Source: Felis catus
Lineage: Eukaryota
Assembly: GCF_018350175.1 (NCBI RefSeq)
Contig: NC_058373.1
Span: 74,276,001-74,340,000, forward strand
Direction of reading: 5' to 3'
DNA: 64,000 bases
How positions within the stretch are numbered: position 1 is the stretch's first letter; each line of letters begins with the position of its first letter. This document shows positions 44,154 to 56,108 of the stretch, one piece after another. The translations under genes were made by a program, and so were the position numbers. The notes below the pieces were generated by a model, which did not search any database, had not been told where the DNA came from, and was given only the letters and a program-made list of their open reading frames with translations.

Positions 44154-46742
44154 GGGCGCCTGGGTGGCTCAGTCAGTTGAGCCTCCAACTCTTTGATTTT
44201 GGTTCAGGTCATGATCACAGGGTCATAGGGTAGAGCCTTGAGTCCAGCTCCCACTGAGTGTGGTGCCTGCCTAAGATTCTCTCTTTCCCTCTGCCCCTCT
44301 CCCCCACTCGCACGCTCTCTCTAAAATAAAAAATAAAGGTATTGTAAGTCACAAGTGACAATTACATTCAAAAGCTTAATATTTACATACAAAAATCAAT
44401 CAATCGGGGCACCTGGGTGGCTCAGTTGGTTATGGTTTTGGCTCAGGTCATGATCTCACGGTTTGTGAATTCCAGCCTTCCAGCCGTGTCAAGCTCTGTG
44501 CTGACAGCGCCAAGTCTTCTCGAGATTCTGTCTCCCTCTCTCTGCCCCTCCCCCACTCAGGCGCCCGCAGGAGCTCTCTCTCTCCAAATAAACTAAAAAA
44601 AAATCTATCAATGGATCCAGAGATAAAATCCTATATCCTTTAGTATTTGACTTAATTTTTTTAATGTTTGTTTATTTTTGAGAGAGAGACAGAGCACGAG
44701 CGGGGGAGGGGCAGAGAGAGGGGGGAGACAAAGAATTTGAAGCAGGCTCCAGGCTCTGAGTTGTCAGTACAGAGCCAGATGCAGGGCTCGAACTCAGGAA
44801 CTGTGGCATCATGATCTGAGCCAAAGTCAGACACTTAACCGACTGAGCCACCCAGGCGCCCCTTGACTTTTTTAAAGATTTATTTATTTTATTTATGTAA
44901 TCTCTACACCCAATGTGGGGTTTGAACTCACAACCCCAAGATCAAGACTCACATGCTCTTCTGACTGAGCCAGCCAGGCACCTCTGACTTAATATTAAGA
45001 CTCAGTTTGGTCACAGAATCTCAGATATTTTTAAATGTTTATTTATTTTAAAAAAATTTTTATATTGTTTATTTATCTTCAAGAGAGAGCGAGAGACAGA
45101 GCTCAAGCAGGGGAGGGGCAGAGAGAGAGGAGACACAGAATCTGAAGCAGGCTCCATGCTCCGAGCTGTCAGCACAGAGCCCAACGTGGGGCTCGAACTC
45201 AAGAACCGCGAGATTATGACCTGAGCTGAAGTTGGATGCTCAACCGACTGAGCCACCCAGGCGCCCCTATTTATTTTTGAGAGAGAAAGAAAGCACAGGG
45301 GAGGGGCAGAGAAAAAAGGAGATAGAGGATCTAAAGCAGGCTCTGTGCTGACAGCAGAGCCCAATGAAGAGCTCAAACTCGGGAGCCACAAGGTCGTGAC
45401 CTGAGCTGAAGTCAGCCACTTAACCAACTGAGCCACCCAGGCACCCCTCAAATTTTTTTTTTTTAATATTTAACATGACTTTTAATGATTTGTTCAATAA
45501 TGTACAAGTTCTGAATTTAAAAAAAAATTTTAAGGTTTATTTTTGAGACAGAGACAAAGTGCCCCACAGTTAGGTTTTTTTAAAAGATGGTATTCCAAGG
45601 CACCTGGGTGGCTCAGTTGGTGAAGCATCAACTTTGACTCTGGTAATGACCTCTGAGTCCATGGGTTCCAGCCCTGATTTGGGCTCTGTGCTGATAGCTC
45701 AGGGCCTGGAGCCTACTTTGGATTCTTTGTCTCCCTCTCTCTCTGCCCCTCCCTCCCTCTAAAAAATAAACATTAAAAAAAAAAAAAAAAAACCCACAAA
45801 CCTGGGGCACCTGGGTGGCTCGAGCATCTGACTTTGGCTCAGGTCATGATCTCATGGTTGGTGGGTTCGAGTCCCACATCATGAGCCTGTCAGCACAGAG
45901 CCCACTTTTGGATCCTCTGTCCTCCTTTCTCTGCCCCTCCCCACTTGCACTTTGCCAAAAAAAAAAAAAAATTAAAAAAACACTTAACAATATAACTTGC
46001 ACAATTTCCCATAGCAAAAAAAAAAGACTACATCATTTTAATGACTACCTGATATTTCTGTGTCTACCACATGGAGCATAATTTGCTTAACCAATATACT
46101 CCCATATTACAGTATATTTAGACTATTTTGTTTCCAGTGTTTTACTATTATCATTAATTGATGTGTTGAACATATCCTTTTAAATTAATTTATTTTTGAG
46201 AGAGAGCAAGCAAGCAGGGGAGGAGCAGAGAGAGGAAGAGAGAGAATCCCAAGCAGGGTCCATGTCAGCACAGAGCCCAAAGTGGGGAGCCAAAATCAAG
46301 AGTACAGACTCAGAGCGCCTGGGTGGCTCAGTCCGTTAAGCATCTGGCTTCGGCTCAGGTCATGATCTCACAGTTTGTGGGTTTGAGCCCTGCATGGGGC
46401 TCTGTGCTGGTTCTGTGTCTCCCGCTCTCTCTGCCCCTCCCCTGCTCATGCTCTGTCTCTGTCTTTCAAAAGTAAATAAATGTTTAAAAATATTTTTAAA
46501 AAGAGTACGGACTCTTTTTTTTTTAATGTTTATTTTTGAGAGAGACAGAGTGTGAGCGGGCGAGGGGCAGAGAGAGACAGAATCAGAAGAAGGTTCCGGG
46601 CTCTGAACTGTCAGCACAGAGCCAGATGCAGGGCTCAAACCCACGGATGGGAGATCATGACCTGAGCCAGAAGTCCTTTGCTTAACCAACTGAGCCACCC
46701 AAGCGCCCCAAGAGTATGGACTTAACTGATTCCAGGCAGCCC
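44154..46742. mobile_element. Dense Can-SINE cluster (about a dozen copies, both orientations, several nested)
   Basis: Approximate copies: 44154-44340(+), 44406-44600(+), 44655-44862(-), 44868-44983(-), 45027-45267(-) in the tail of 45268-45447(-), 45598-45790(+), 45804-45975(+), host 46178-46742(-) containing 46312-46500(+) and 46515-46709(-). Confidence 0.9.
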
Positions 46743-47329
46743 AAACATACATCTTAAGGCTAGATTTAGCATATAGGTCCCAGCTAGATTCCTGTAAGTG
46801 GTACCATTGGGTCAGGAGGAAGGGAGTCTACAAAGTTTCCCCCAGGTAAGAAATTCTCCTGGGAAGGTGCAAAGGTGGAAACAGCACAGAATTTATGGGC
46901 ATATTGCTTGGCAGAAGTTACAGTAAAAAGGCCGATAAAAAAATAAGACAACCAGATTTGGAAGTTTGTATCTGAAACAATAAACAAAAGTGAACCACTT
47001 GTAGGTTCTTTAGAACTAAATGCTATCAGAGAAAAACACTTCCAGCAGATCAAATAGGAGAGGCATGAAGTAATGAAATTTTGATTTTGGGTGGTGACGG
47101 TGAAAACAACTTCAACTAATCTTTAAGAATTGAAGAACTGTATTAAAAGGGCAAACAGAAAATAAATTCTTCTTTTAATGATTTTAGATTTTCCAGGCTG
47201 GACAGCCCAGAAACGACACAATCCTAAGGTCTCAATAAACGTTACAGGGAAACTGTTAGTAAGCTACCTGACAATCAGAGATGGGGTACCGGCAGAATCT
47301 ACTACATTAGTACAGCCCACAGCAAGATG

Positions 47330-49020
47330 AAAGTGCGAGGTGCTTGTTCAAAAAGCAGGCATTTCAGTCGGCGAGAGCAGACCATTAAACCAAGAGTAGG
47401 GTCCAGTACAGAATGCACGCCCGTTAAGATGCCGGCTCTAGCGACCAGAAACAATAAGCTTGCATCTAGCGGTCTAGAGACCTAGAGGCGTCCTCGGGTC
47501 TGACCACACCCATTCCTGACCTCAGGGGCCCAGGGAGAGTTAACACTTATAAAAGAGCGCGGACTAGAGGCGCTGAAGTGCAGCTTGGACTCCGGACCTT
47601 TGCACTTGGCGCGGCGAGGACACTCGACTTCCAGCCTGGGAGAAGATCCCGAGACGTAGCACGTCCTGGCCTTGGACTCAGCCGCTTACTCATAAACCCG
47701 GAGGAAGGGTAGGAGGCGGCGCTCGCGCACTCGCCGGACTCCCAGAGCGGAGGCGGCACGCCGGAGACCTAGGGTCTAGGGAAGGTCTGCAAATCCCGGA
47801 GAGCCGAGAGGCTTCCAAGGGGAACAGACGGAACCGGAAAGGCCCCTAGAAACCCACGGGTGTGTTAGGGAGCGTCTGCAAAGACCGCGAAGGGAAGCCA
47901 GGAGTCATCTGAAAAGTTGCCAAAGCAACTAAAGGGTGGTCTAGAAAGGGTAGTCCCCACAAAACAAGGCTTCCGGAAGCTAAACCCGGAAGCGAGGGTG
48001 GGGAGGCCTAGATCCCCTTGTGTGACGTGATCACACCCCAAAGGCACCGGTCACCCCTCAGGGCCGGGCTGACTGAAGCTACAGCCAGCAAAATAAGGCT
48101 GGAGCCGGGTCGGGAGGAAGGCGAAAGGGAGGCCCTTAGAGATCGTCTGAAAATTGCGAAGGCAAAAGAACTTTAGGGGCCGACGGCAAATGGTATCCCT
48201 CGGTAAGACACCTCTAGGTAGCGAACCACCAATTTATTGCAAGCCCCGCCCCTCACCCATCAAGCCTAGTTCCGTTGTCTCCGAATCAGGAAGTAGCCGG
48301 TTCCCCACTACTCCTCCCAAGGAAGAGCGAATGCCCCACCTCGGTCGCGCGCTTTTCCTCCCCTCCCACCCTTCACGCACTTTCTCCCGCCCACCTGTCA
48401 ATCACTGTGCTCAGCTGTCCAGTTGGCGGGCCAAGGGGGCGGGGCCGTCAGGGGCAACGCGTGACGTCTGCAGTCCTCCGGCCGGGAAGCCAGGAGATGC
48501 ATGACGGAGGAGGCGCGTGACGGAGGAGCAGTTGGCCAACGCTGCGGCCGCAGTCGGTGTAAACAAGGCCTCGCGCCGCTGCGGGTCCTGCGACCGCTCC
48601 CGGCTGGTGGGTGGTTTCGCGCGCGGCAGTAACCGCCGGCTTCAGTGGGAGGGGCTTCTCGGCTTCTCCCTGCCTCCCCCACTTGGCGTACACACCCCCA
48701 GCACACCACGTGGGCGTGAGGCGAGGAAGGAAGGGGTGTTAGGCTGAATTCTAACTTCATTGGTTGTCGCTGCTGCCGGCTTTCGCAAAGAAGCGCTCTG
48801 ATTGGTCGGTAAGGGGGGCGTCGGGGGTCTCAGAGCCTTAAGGCTTCTGATTGGTTACATGAGATAAGCTAATGAGGCGCTTTCTTCCGCGAGGGGTTTT
48901 GATTGGTCGGCCAGAGAGGTTACCTGGGAATTCACCCACCTACTCCCCCCAGGGACTTTGATAGGTGAGTTTGAGGTAGAAAACTGAGAAATTCCTCTTC
49001 AAAGGATTCTCATTGGTGAG
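47330..49020. promoter_or_regulatory. DCAF11 CpG island promoter and 5' UTR exon region
   Basis: CpG-rich; TATAAAAG 47548-47555, tandem ETS CCGGAAGC 47973 and 47986, CRE-like TGACGT 48023 and 48462, five ATTGG boxes 48759-49016, plus-strand donors after 48964 and 49016. Confidence 0.85.
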
Positions 49021-49048
49021 CTAGGGTAGCTCCTTAGACTTCACTCTC

Positions 49049-49051
<3 letters not shown>

Positions 49052-49085
<34 letters not shown>
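49052..49085. repeat. (T)34 homopolymer preceding the acceptor cacag| at 49094
   Basis: Counted T run. Confidence 0.9.
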
Positions 49086-49088
<3 letters not shown>

Positions 49089-49307
49089 TCACAGGATTGG
49101 GGAAGGTTTGTGGTCCTGAAGCCTTGGGAGTTGTCACAGGCTAAAGAGAAGGGATCTCAGTCCCTAGGAAGGGTCGCCCTCCTAGAGATAGCTACCGCTC
49201 TATCTCAGGAGACACTGGTGTTTCTAGAGCAGGCTTTGCTTTCATCAAACCCAAGGAGGTGACACGAGGAGTCCCTGCACAGGACCTAATGATGCTGTGA
49301 TCAGAAG

Positions 49308-50543
49308 ATGGGATCACGGAACAGCAGTANNNNNNNNNNNNNNNNNNNNNNNNNNNNNNNNNNNNNNNNNNNNNNNNNNNNNNNNNNNNNNNNNNNNNNN
49401 NNNNNNNNNNNNNNNNNNNNNNNNNNNNNNNNNNNNNNNNNNNNNNNNNNNNNNNNNNNNNNNNNNNNNNNNNNNNNNNNNNNNNCCACCAGGGACCACC
49501 ACAGTCCCTTGATCCCAACTCCAGGCAGTGAAGTTAAAGAGGATAGGGAATGGGATTAGCCCAGACCAGCTGTTCTGTTTGAGCTTCCCTTCTGGACATT
49601 CATGGCACTCATCTCAATACACAACAAGAGTAGTTCTTAATTAGGGAGGGTCACGAAGACAAAGTCACTTCTGTGTTTGAGGGAACTGTTCAGGGGAGCC
49701 TCTCTAGCTGTTTCTACACAAATGTAAGCTATTTTCCAAGTAAGTAAAAAATAAAATGAAAATGGGGCCCTGATGGAAGAGGAGTGATGTGAGGGGTAAA
49801 GAGAAGAGCTGGGGAGGTGTGTGTTCAACTTCTGTGAAGTTATTGACATGTGATATGAGGCCATGTGGACTTACTTGAAAAACAAGTTTAAATTAACCTA
49901 ACTCTAACCCTGTTCTTGAGGAAAGAATGCTTTGAGGAAATTGACCACCAGCACTTAACCAAAAAGGTTTGCCACTGGCTTTATTGTTTAGCTGTAGCTC
50001 CTTGGGAAGAAGACAAGCCTGGGGATCCCTTTAGTTCTATTCTGGACTCCTCAGGCCAGAGGCTCAGAAGGAAATGCTCTTAGAACTTTTAGCTCTCTAG
50101 GAAGTCAGTTTAGTAGGTTTGTCAACATCCACGGAATGTTGCGGTTCTCCGCTCCTGCTGTAAGCATGAAGATTCGTTTCCTACTGTATCTTATAGGAGA
50201 CTGAAAATTACAGCCAAGGTCTAGTCAGCCTCAAACTTCAAAACAGGGACAGTGTAGGGTTTGAGTAGTAGGTGGATAGCCACTGACTCTGAATTTGGTT
50301 GGTTTGGGGAAGGGATCCTCCCTTTTATCATGGGCATCTCTCCATAGAGGCCAAGTGAGGTTGGTGCAGGGAGGAGGTGCAGCAAATTTACAACTCATCC
50401 AGGCCCTCTCAGACTCGGAGGAAGAGCATGACAGTGCCTGGGATGGCCGTCTTGGGGACCGATACAACCCACCTGGTAAGAGGAAAGGCAGACTGAGACC
50501 CTAACATTGGAAGACTTTCATTAGAAAATCCTTTCTCTTTTCT

Positions 50544-50575
<32 letters not shown>

Positions 50576-53500
50576 TTTTGTAAGAACATATGTTAAACTG
50601 AAATAAGATGAGATAACTCAGGGAATGAGGGAGACTTCACAGCTGTAGTATATTCGGCCACATTGAGTGGGCTGGAGCACAGTTCTGCGGCTGCAAAACC
50701 TAGGATGAAACTTCTCCTTGATACTCACAGTGGACGCAACTCCTGACACCCGGGAGCTGGAATGCAATGAGATCAAGACACAAGTGGAATTGGCCACAGG
50801 GCGGCTGGGGCTTAGACGGGCAGCCCGGGAGCACAGCTTTCCTCAAATGCTGCACCAGGTAGGCCTCTCAACCTCCACCCAGCCTGGCAGCAGGCCTCCT
50901 GAGGTAGCCAGAAGCTCTGTCTGCCCCAGAGAAGAGGGAAATAAACTTTCCAAGGAAGCCTCAAGTGCTGGAGCTGGAGACTTCTTAGCCAGTCTACGTC
51001 GGAGTTTGGTGGGACACACTAGTGTGTGTGGTGTCTATTTCTGTAGCGAGAGCAATCTCTTTGGAGGAGGGGGCTTGGTGTGGCTGCAGTGGCCCTCTGT
51101 TTGTGCTAGCAATATTCCCCAATCCCTTCCTTTAGAGAGAACGGGGCCTCTGCCACCGGGGAAGCTTCTCCCTTGGAGAACGGTCTCGAATGATGTCTCA
51201 GTGAGTATGGGGCTTGGTGGAGAGACTCTAAGGGCCAGATAGGTTTTATCCCCTAAACTTTGAAGGGACAGGTATAAAAGGATGGTCAGGGATATTAAAG
51301 TTAAATGGGGTCAAAGTTTGAGAGTAAACAAACTGGAAAAGCGTAGGAACTGAGAAGACAAACAAATGAATGTAAGAACAGGGATTATACCCCAGGCCAA
51401 AAGGGAAGTTCGCCCTCGTACTCACACCCAGCTCTGTTAGGATTCTGCTAACCGGGATAATCCTCATCCTCAGCTCCCTTTACCTTCACTTTCCCTCTCC
51501 CTCCCCAGCTTCTTGCCCAACGATCTGGGTTTCACTGATACCTACTCTCAGAAAGCTTTCTGCGGCATCTACAGCAAAGATGGTCAGATCTTCATGTCTG
51601 CTTGCCAAGGTACCAGTCCCTGGTCCTACGAACTACCCTGAAACAAGGAATATACCCCCTGACTGAGGCTAGAAAGCCCCAGACTGAGGGAACACTGACC
51701 CTGGGTTAGGATGCTTAGCCAGAACACATTCCCCATGATCAAGGGAAGATTCCACAGATGTACAGAGAAGGAGAGGTCAGATCTAGAGAGGATGCAAGAA
51801 GAGGGTTCCCTAATTCTGCCTGATCCCCACTTACCCAGACCAGACAATCCGACTGTATGACTGCCGGTATGGCCGCTTTCATAAATTCAAGAGCATCAAG
51901 GCCCGGGATGTAGGCTGGAGCGTACTGGACGTGGCCTTCACCCCTGATGGGAACCACTTCCTATATTCCAGCTGGTCTGATTACAGTGAGTATGCCCCAG
52001 ACTTCTACTGGCTCTCCAGCCCAGGACCCGAGGTCTCCCGAATGCCCACGTCCATTGTGCCAGGACTTTATCCCTTCTCCTGGGAGGATCACTCCCAGGG
52101 TCTGACATCCTTGCCCTTTGTTCCTCTCCTGCCCAGCTTCACTTCCACCCTCCTTCCCCCAGCTCTGAAAGATTCTTGTCTCTCTTGCCTTTCTTAGTTC
52201 ATATCTGCAACATCTACGGGGAGGGAGACACACACACTGCCCTGGATCTAAGGTACTGGCTTCCCTCCTTGGGCAGACTCATCAGAAACTTCTCAAGAGG
52301 AAGGCTCTCCAGGAGCAAACCTCCTGAACTGGAACTCCTTAGAGGGAGAAAGTACACTGGTTGCAAGTGTCTCTGTACGGATTCCTGGGAGGGAAGCGCC
52401 CATCCTTTTCAGCCAGAGGACCAGGGTAAAACAGATGGTTGCGGGATTATTTCCGCGTCCTCACTGAGGTGATCCACATTCTGGCACGCATTAGCCGGAC
52501 TTCCTTTTCCCCTTAGAAGTGTGCCTTATAATCCTCGTCAGATTCTGTGCAGATCAACAAAGGCTGAGGGGAGTCCACTTAACCCAGTTCCTTCTATGCT
52601 CTTTTCAGGCCAGATGAGCGTCGCTTTGCTGTCTTTTCCATCGCTGTCTCCTCAGATGGACGGGAAGTGTTAGGAGGGTGAGTATTTGTAGGGGATGCAC
52701 TCCTCAATTAATGAGGTAGGAGTTCTCCCAGAGACTGTACTGGACCCCACTATAGAGAAACAACCAGCCCTTCTCCAAGGTCAGGGTTTACGAGTTGCTT
52801 CACCTCTTGCTCACTGTTTCCCCAGCATGAGATGGGACGTCTCAAACCTGCTTGCAAAAACACAGCTAACTTTTTTCCCACCTCCTGTGTAAGAAGAGAC
52901 CAGGGCTTGCCCCTCAGCAGGACTTTACAACAGGGACTCTCTAGAGCATACACAGCATAAGTCCTCTCAGTTCTGGCTCCAGGACCCTCTTTATCCCTTC
53001 CCTTTCAGGGCCAATGATGGCTGCCTATACGTCTTTGATCGAGAACAGAACCGGCGCACCCTTCAGGTAATGTCCTTGAAACTTAGAGCCTCTGCTTCCT
53101 GGTCTTTGGCCTATTAGAAGACCTAGAAAGAGGTCCTAGGTGTTCTGGCTNNNNNNNNNNNNNNNNNNNNNNNNNNNNNNNNNNNNNNNNNNNNNNNNNN
53201 NNNNNNNNNNNNNNNNNNNNNNNNNNNNNNNNNNNNNNNNNNNNNNNNNNNNNNNNNNNNNNNNNNNNNNNNNNNNNNNNNNNNNNNNNNNNNNNNNNNN
53301 NNNNNNNNNNNNNNNNNNNNNNNNNNNNNNNNNNNNNNNNNNNNNNNNNNNNNNNNNNNNNNNNNNNNNNGCACAGCCAGGTTACAGTTGTCAAAGTGGA
53401 CTGGCATGGAAACTCACCAAGCTCCTTATTAGCTAAGGTTTGCAAGAGCTGGAGTTTAGGGAAGGGACTTAAGCCAAGAAACATGAGCTCCATCTGTATT

Positions 53501-56108
53501 CACCAGTCCTCAAGGAGCAGGGCAGGGCTTTCTGTGGAAGGAAAGAAGACAATTAATCCAGGATAGAATAGGAGGCCCAGCCAGTCCCTGGGCAACGAAG
53601 GGGAAAGCTAGCCAGGGGGCCGGGTCTGTGTTAGAATACCAATGGTGAGCTCACCTGGATGAAGAAAGAGGCAAGCTAAGTCAAAGGACTGACATTCTTC
53701 CCCCTCACCTGGAGAAGCAGAGCTGGACTGACAGACCCCGATATTTGCAAACTCTGATACCTTGTTCCCCATCTGGGGATTCACAGGGTGATGCCCGGTA
53801 TCTCATCTCCAACTCCAAAGACCAGACCATCAAGCTCTGGGATATCCGACGCTTTTCTAGTCGGGAAGGTATGGAAGCCTCACGGCAGGCTGCCACACAG
53901 CAAAACTGGGACTACCGCTGGCAGCAGGTACCCAAAAAAGGTGAGAGTGGAAGGTAGAACCTGAGATCTGGAGAATAAAGAGTCAGGGGTGGTAGTTAAA
54001 ATAATTAACCCCTGGTAAGGCCTGGCATGGGCACAGTGGATGTGACCGTAGCCTGGGTCCCTCCCCCCAACTCCCTCTTGCTAGGCATGAAGTCTTTGCT
54101 GAACTCTGGGGAGAATTGGGGTTCCCGGGGCTGGGGCTCACTCAGAAACAACCAATACAAAAAGTATTTCAGTATCTTCACAACCAGCATGCTGAGCCAT
54201 ATTGGTGAACATTAGGTGGGGAAGGAGCCACCAGTCGGAGTCTGGAAAGGCAGTCATCTGTAAGCATCAGTCTTTGCTGAGGACTGATGATACAGGAGAA
54301 TCCAGACTCCCTAACCTAGGGCTCTCCATGCATCCCTACCCAGCCTGGCGGAAACTGAAACTCCCAGGAGACAGCTCCTTGATGACCTACCGGGGCCATG
54401 GGGTGCTGCATACCCTTATCCGTTGCCGATTCTCCCCCACCCATAGCACCGGCCAACAGTTCATCTACAGTGGCTGCTCTACTGGCAAAGTTGTCGGTAA
54501 GGATTGTGTCAGAAGAGGGGGCCTTGGGAAAGGCAGGAATATTTCTCTGGCATTTCACCTGTTACCAGTAACCACCTTAAATGTCTTGATGGTGACTATA
54601 AGTGAGATTTAATTCAGTTTGGAGCAAGTTAGGCTTAGGGAAGTAGAAAACATTGTATTCACTAGCACTTTTTTTTTTTTTTTTAAGAGAGAGTACAAGT
54701 GTGGAAGGGGCAGAGGGAGAGGGAGAAAGAGAATCTCCAGCAGGCTCCACGCCCAGCGTGAGCCAGACGCAGGCTCAATCCCATGACCCTGGAATCATGA
54801 CGTGAGCCGAAATCAAAAGTCAGACACTTAACCGACTGAGCCACCCAGACACCCTAACATGTTAAATTAGGAAAAGGAACATAGGGGCAGCTGAGTGGCT
54901 TAGTCAGTTAAGCGTCTGACTTTCGATTTCGGCTCAGGTCATGATCTCATGGTTCGTGAGTTCGAGCCCCACATCAGGCTCTGTGCTGACAGCTCGGAGC
55001 CTCGAGCCTGCTTCAGCTTCTGTGTCTCCCTCTCTCTCTACCCCTGCCCACTCACCTTCTGTTTCTCTCAAAACAAATAAACATTAAAAGAAGAAACATA
55101 GGCTTCTATTTAGTAAATATAATAATAGATTGCCAAAAATATACTTAGTTCTATTTTTTTAGCCTGTCAAGGAAAGAAAGAGATTGCAGATGAAAAGCCG
55201 GGGCGGGGGGGGGGGGGAAATGGAGGGCAGGGACAAATAGGATGACACAAGAAGACAAGCTCATAGTAAAGGACATGCAGTCATTAAAGCAGAAAGTGTG
55301 CAGAAAGACACAAATACATGTACAGCTATGAGGAGCCTAAGACAGTGCCATACCTAGGGAGGCACTCAGGGGCCCACTCAGAAAGGAAGATGCACCCCTG
55401 TCCAGAAGACTCCAAAAGACTCGGGTGTCTGTGCAGATAGCCCATTGTTCACTTTTGTTGTGCCTTCCATATCTTATGGGTTTCATAGAAAATTGTTGTA
55501 AAGAGCTTTAAAGCCACATTACATTTTCTTAACTTTTGGCCCTGTGAAGTTTAGGTAAGGGCCAGGGAGAGGTATCCAAGCTCTGCCAGACCACACACTC
55601 AAGCTGAGGTAGGGAAAAGAAAGAGAAATTACATCATCCTCTGGTGTGGGCTTTGCTCCCTGCGAAAGTGGGGAAATTGCCCTAGAGGTAAGCAGTACAG
55701 TTCCGGAACTGTGAGGGGTATTTAGAAGGTACTCTGGCAGCCCCGTCTCCACTCTGACCTTCCTTGGACAGTGTACGACCTCCTCAGCGGCCACATCGTG
55801 AAGAAGCTGACCAACCACAAGGCCTGCGTGCGTGACGTCAGCTGGCACCCCTTTGAGGAAAAGATTGTCAGCAGCTCGGTGAGGTGGCAGGGATTGGGAG
55901 GCCAGTGCATGTCTGGGACTTGGACCTAGGCAGGGCAGCACCCCCTGACTACTTGCCACCTTCTGCCCTGCAGTGGGATGGGAACCTGCGTCTCTGGCAG
56001 TACCGCCAGGCCGAGTACTTCCAGGACGACATGCCAGAATCTGAGGAGCCCCTCAGCGCCCCTGCCCCAGTGCCCCACCCCTCTGCAGCCTTTTCCTCAC
56101 CCCAGTAG
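49308..56108 (+). CDS. DCAF11: DDB1- and CUL4-associated factor 11 (WDR23), WD40 substrate receptor
   Basis: ATG 49308 (MGSRNSS, rest of exon in gap). Exons 50348-50475, 50731-50858, 51136-51200, 51509-51609, 51839-51985, 52198-52252, 52609-52677, 53009-53066, [about 186 nt missing in gap 53151-53370], 53787-53940, 54344-54496, 55772-55878, 55974-56108. With the inferred missing parts the total is 1641 nt (546 aa), the recalled human length. KLWDIR WDxR motif present. Confidence 0.95.
49330..49485. other. Assembly gap (156 N) hiding most of the first DCAF11 coding exon
   Basis: N run directly after ATGGGATCACGGAACAGCAGTA. Confidence 1.
53151..53370. other. Assembly gap (220 N) hiding about 62 DCAF11 codons
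   Basis: N run; the recalled segment IESHEDD...FIDSK is not seen in the flanks. Confidence 0.95.
54669..55092. mobile_element. Head-to-head Can-SINE pair in a DCAF11 intron (54669-54854 minus, 54884-55092 plus)
   Basis: Antisense and sense SINE bodies separated by about 30 bp. Confidence 0.92.

Noticed and set aside
45011-45451. ORFs with GAWVAQSV...AQVMIS...[15 protein letters not shown] text, also at 28481, 42476, 57593, 58557 and elsewhere
   Set aside because: Translations of Can-SINE consensus, not genes.
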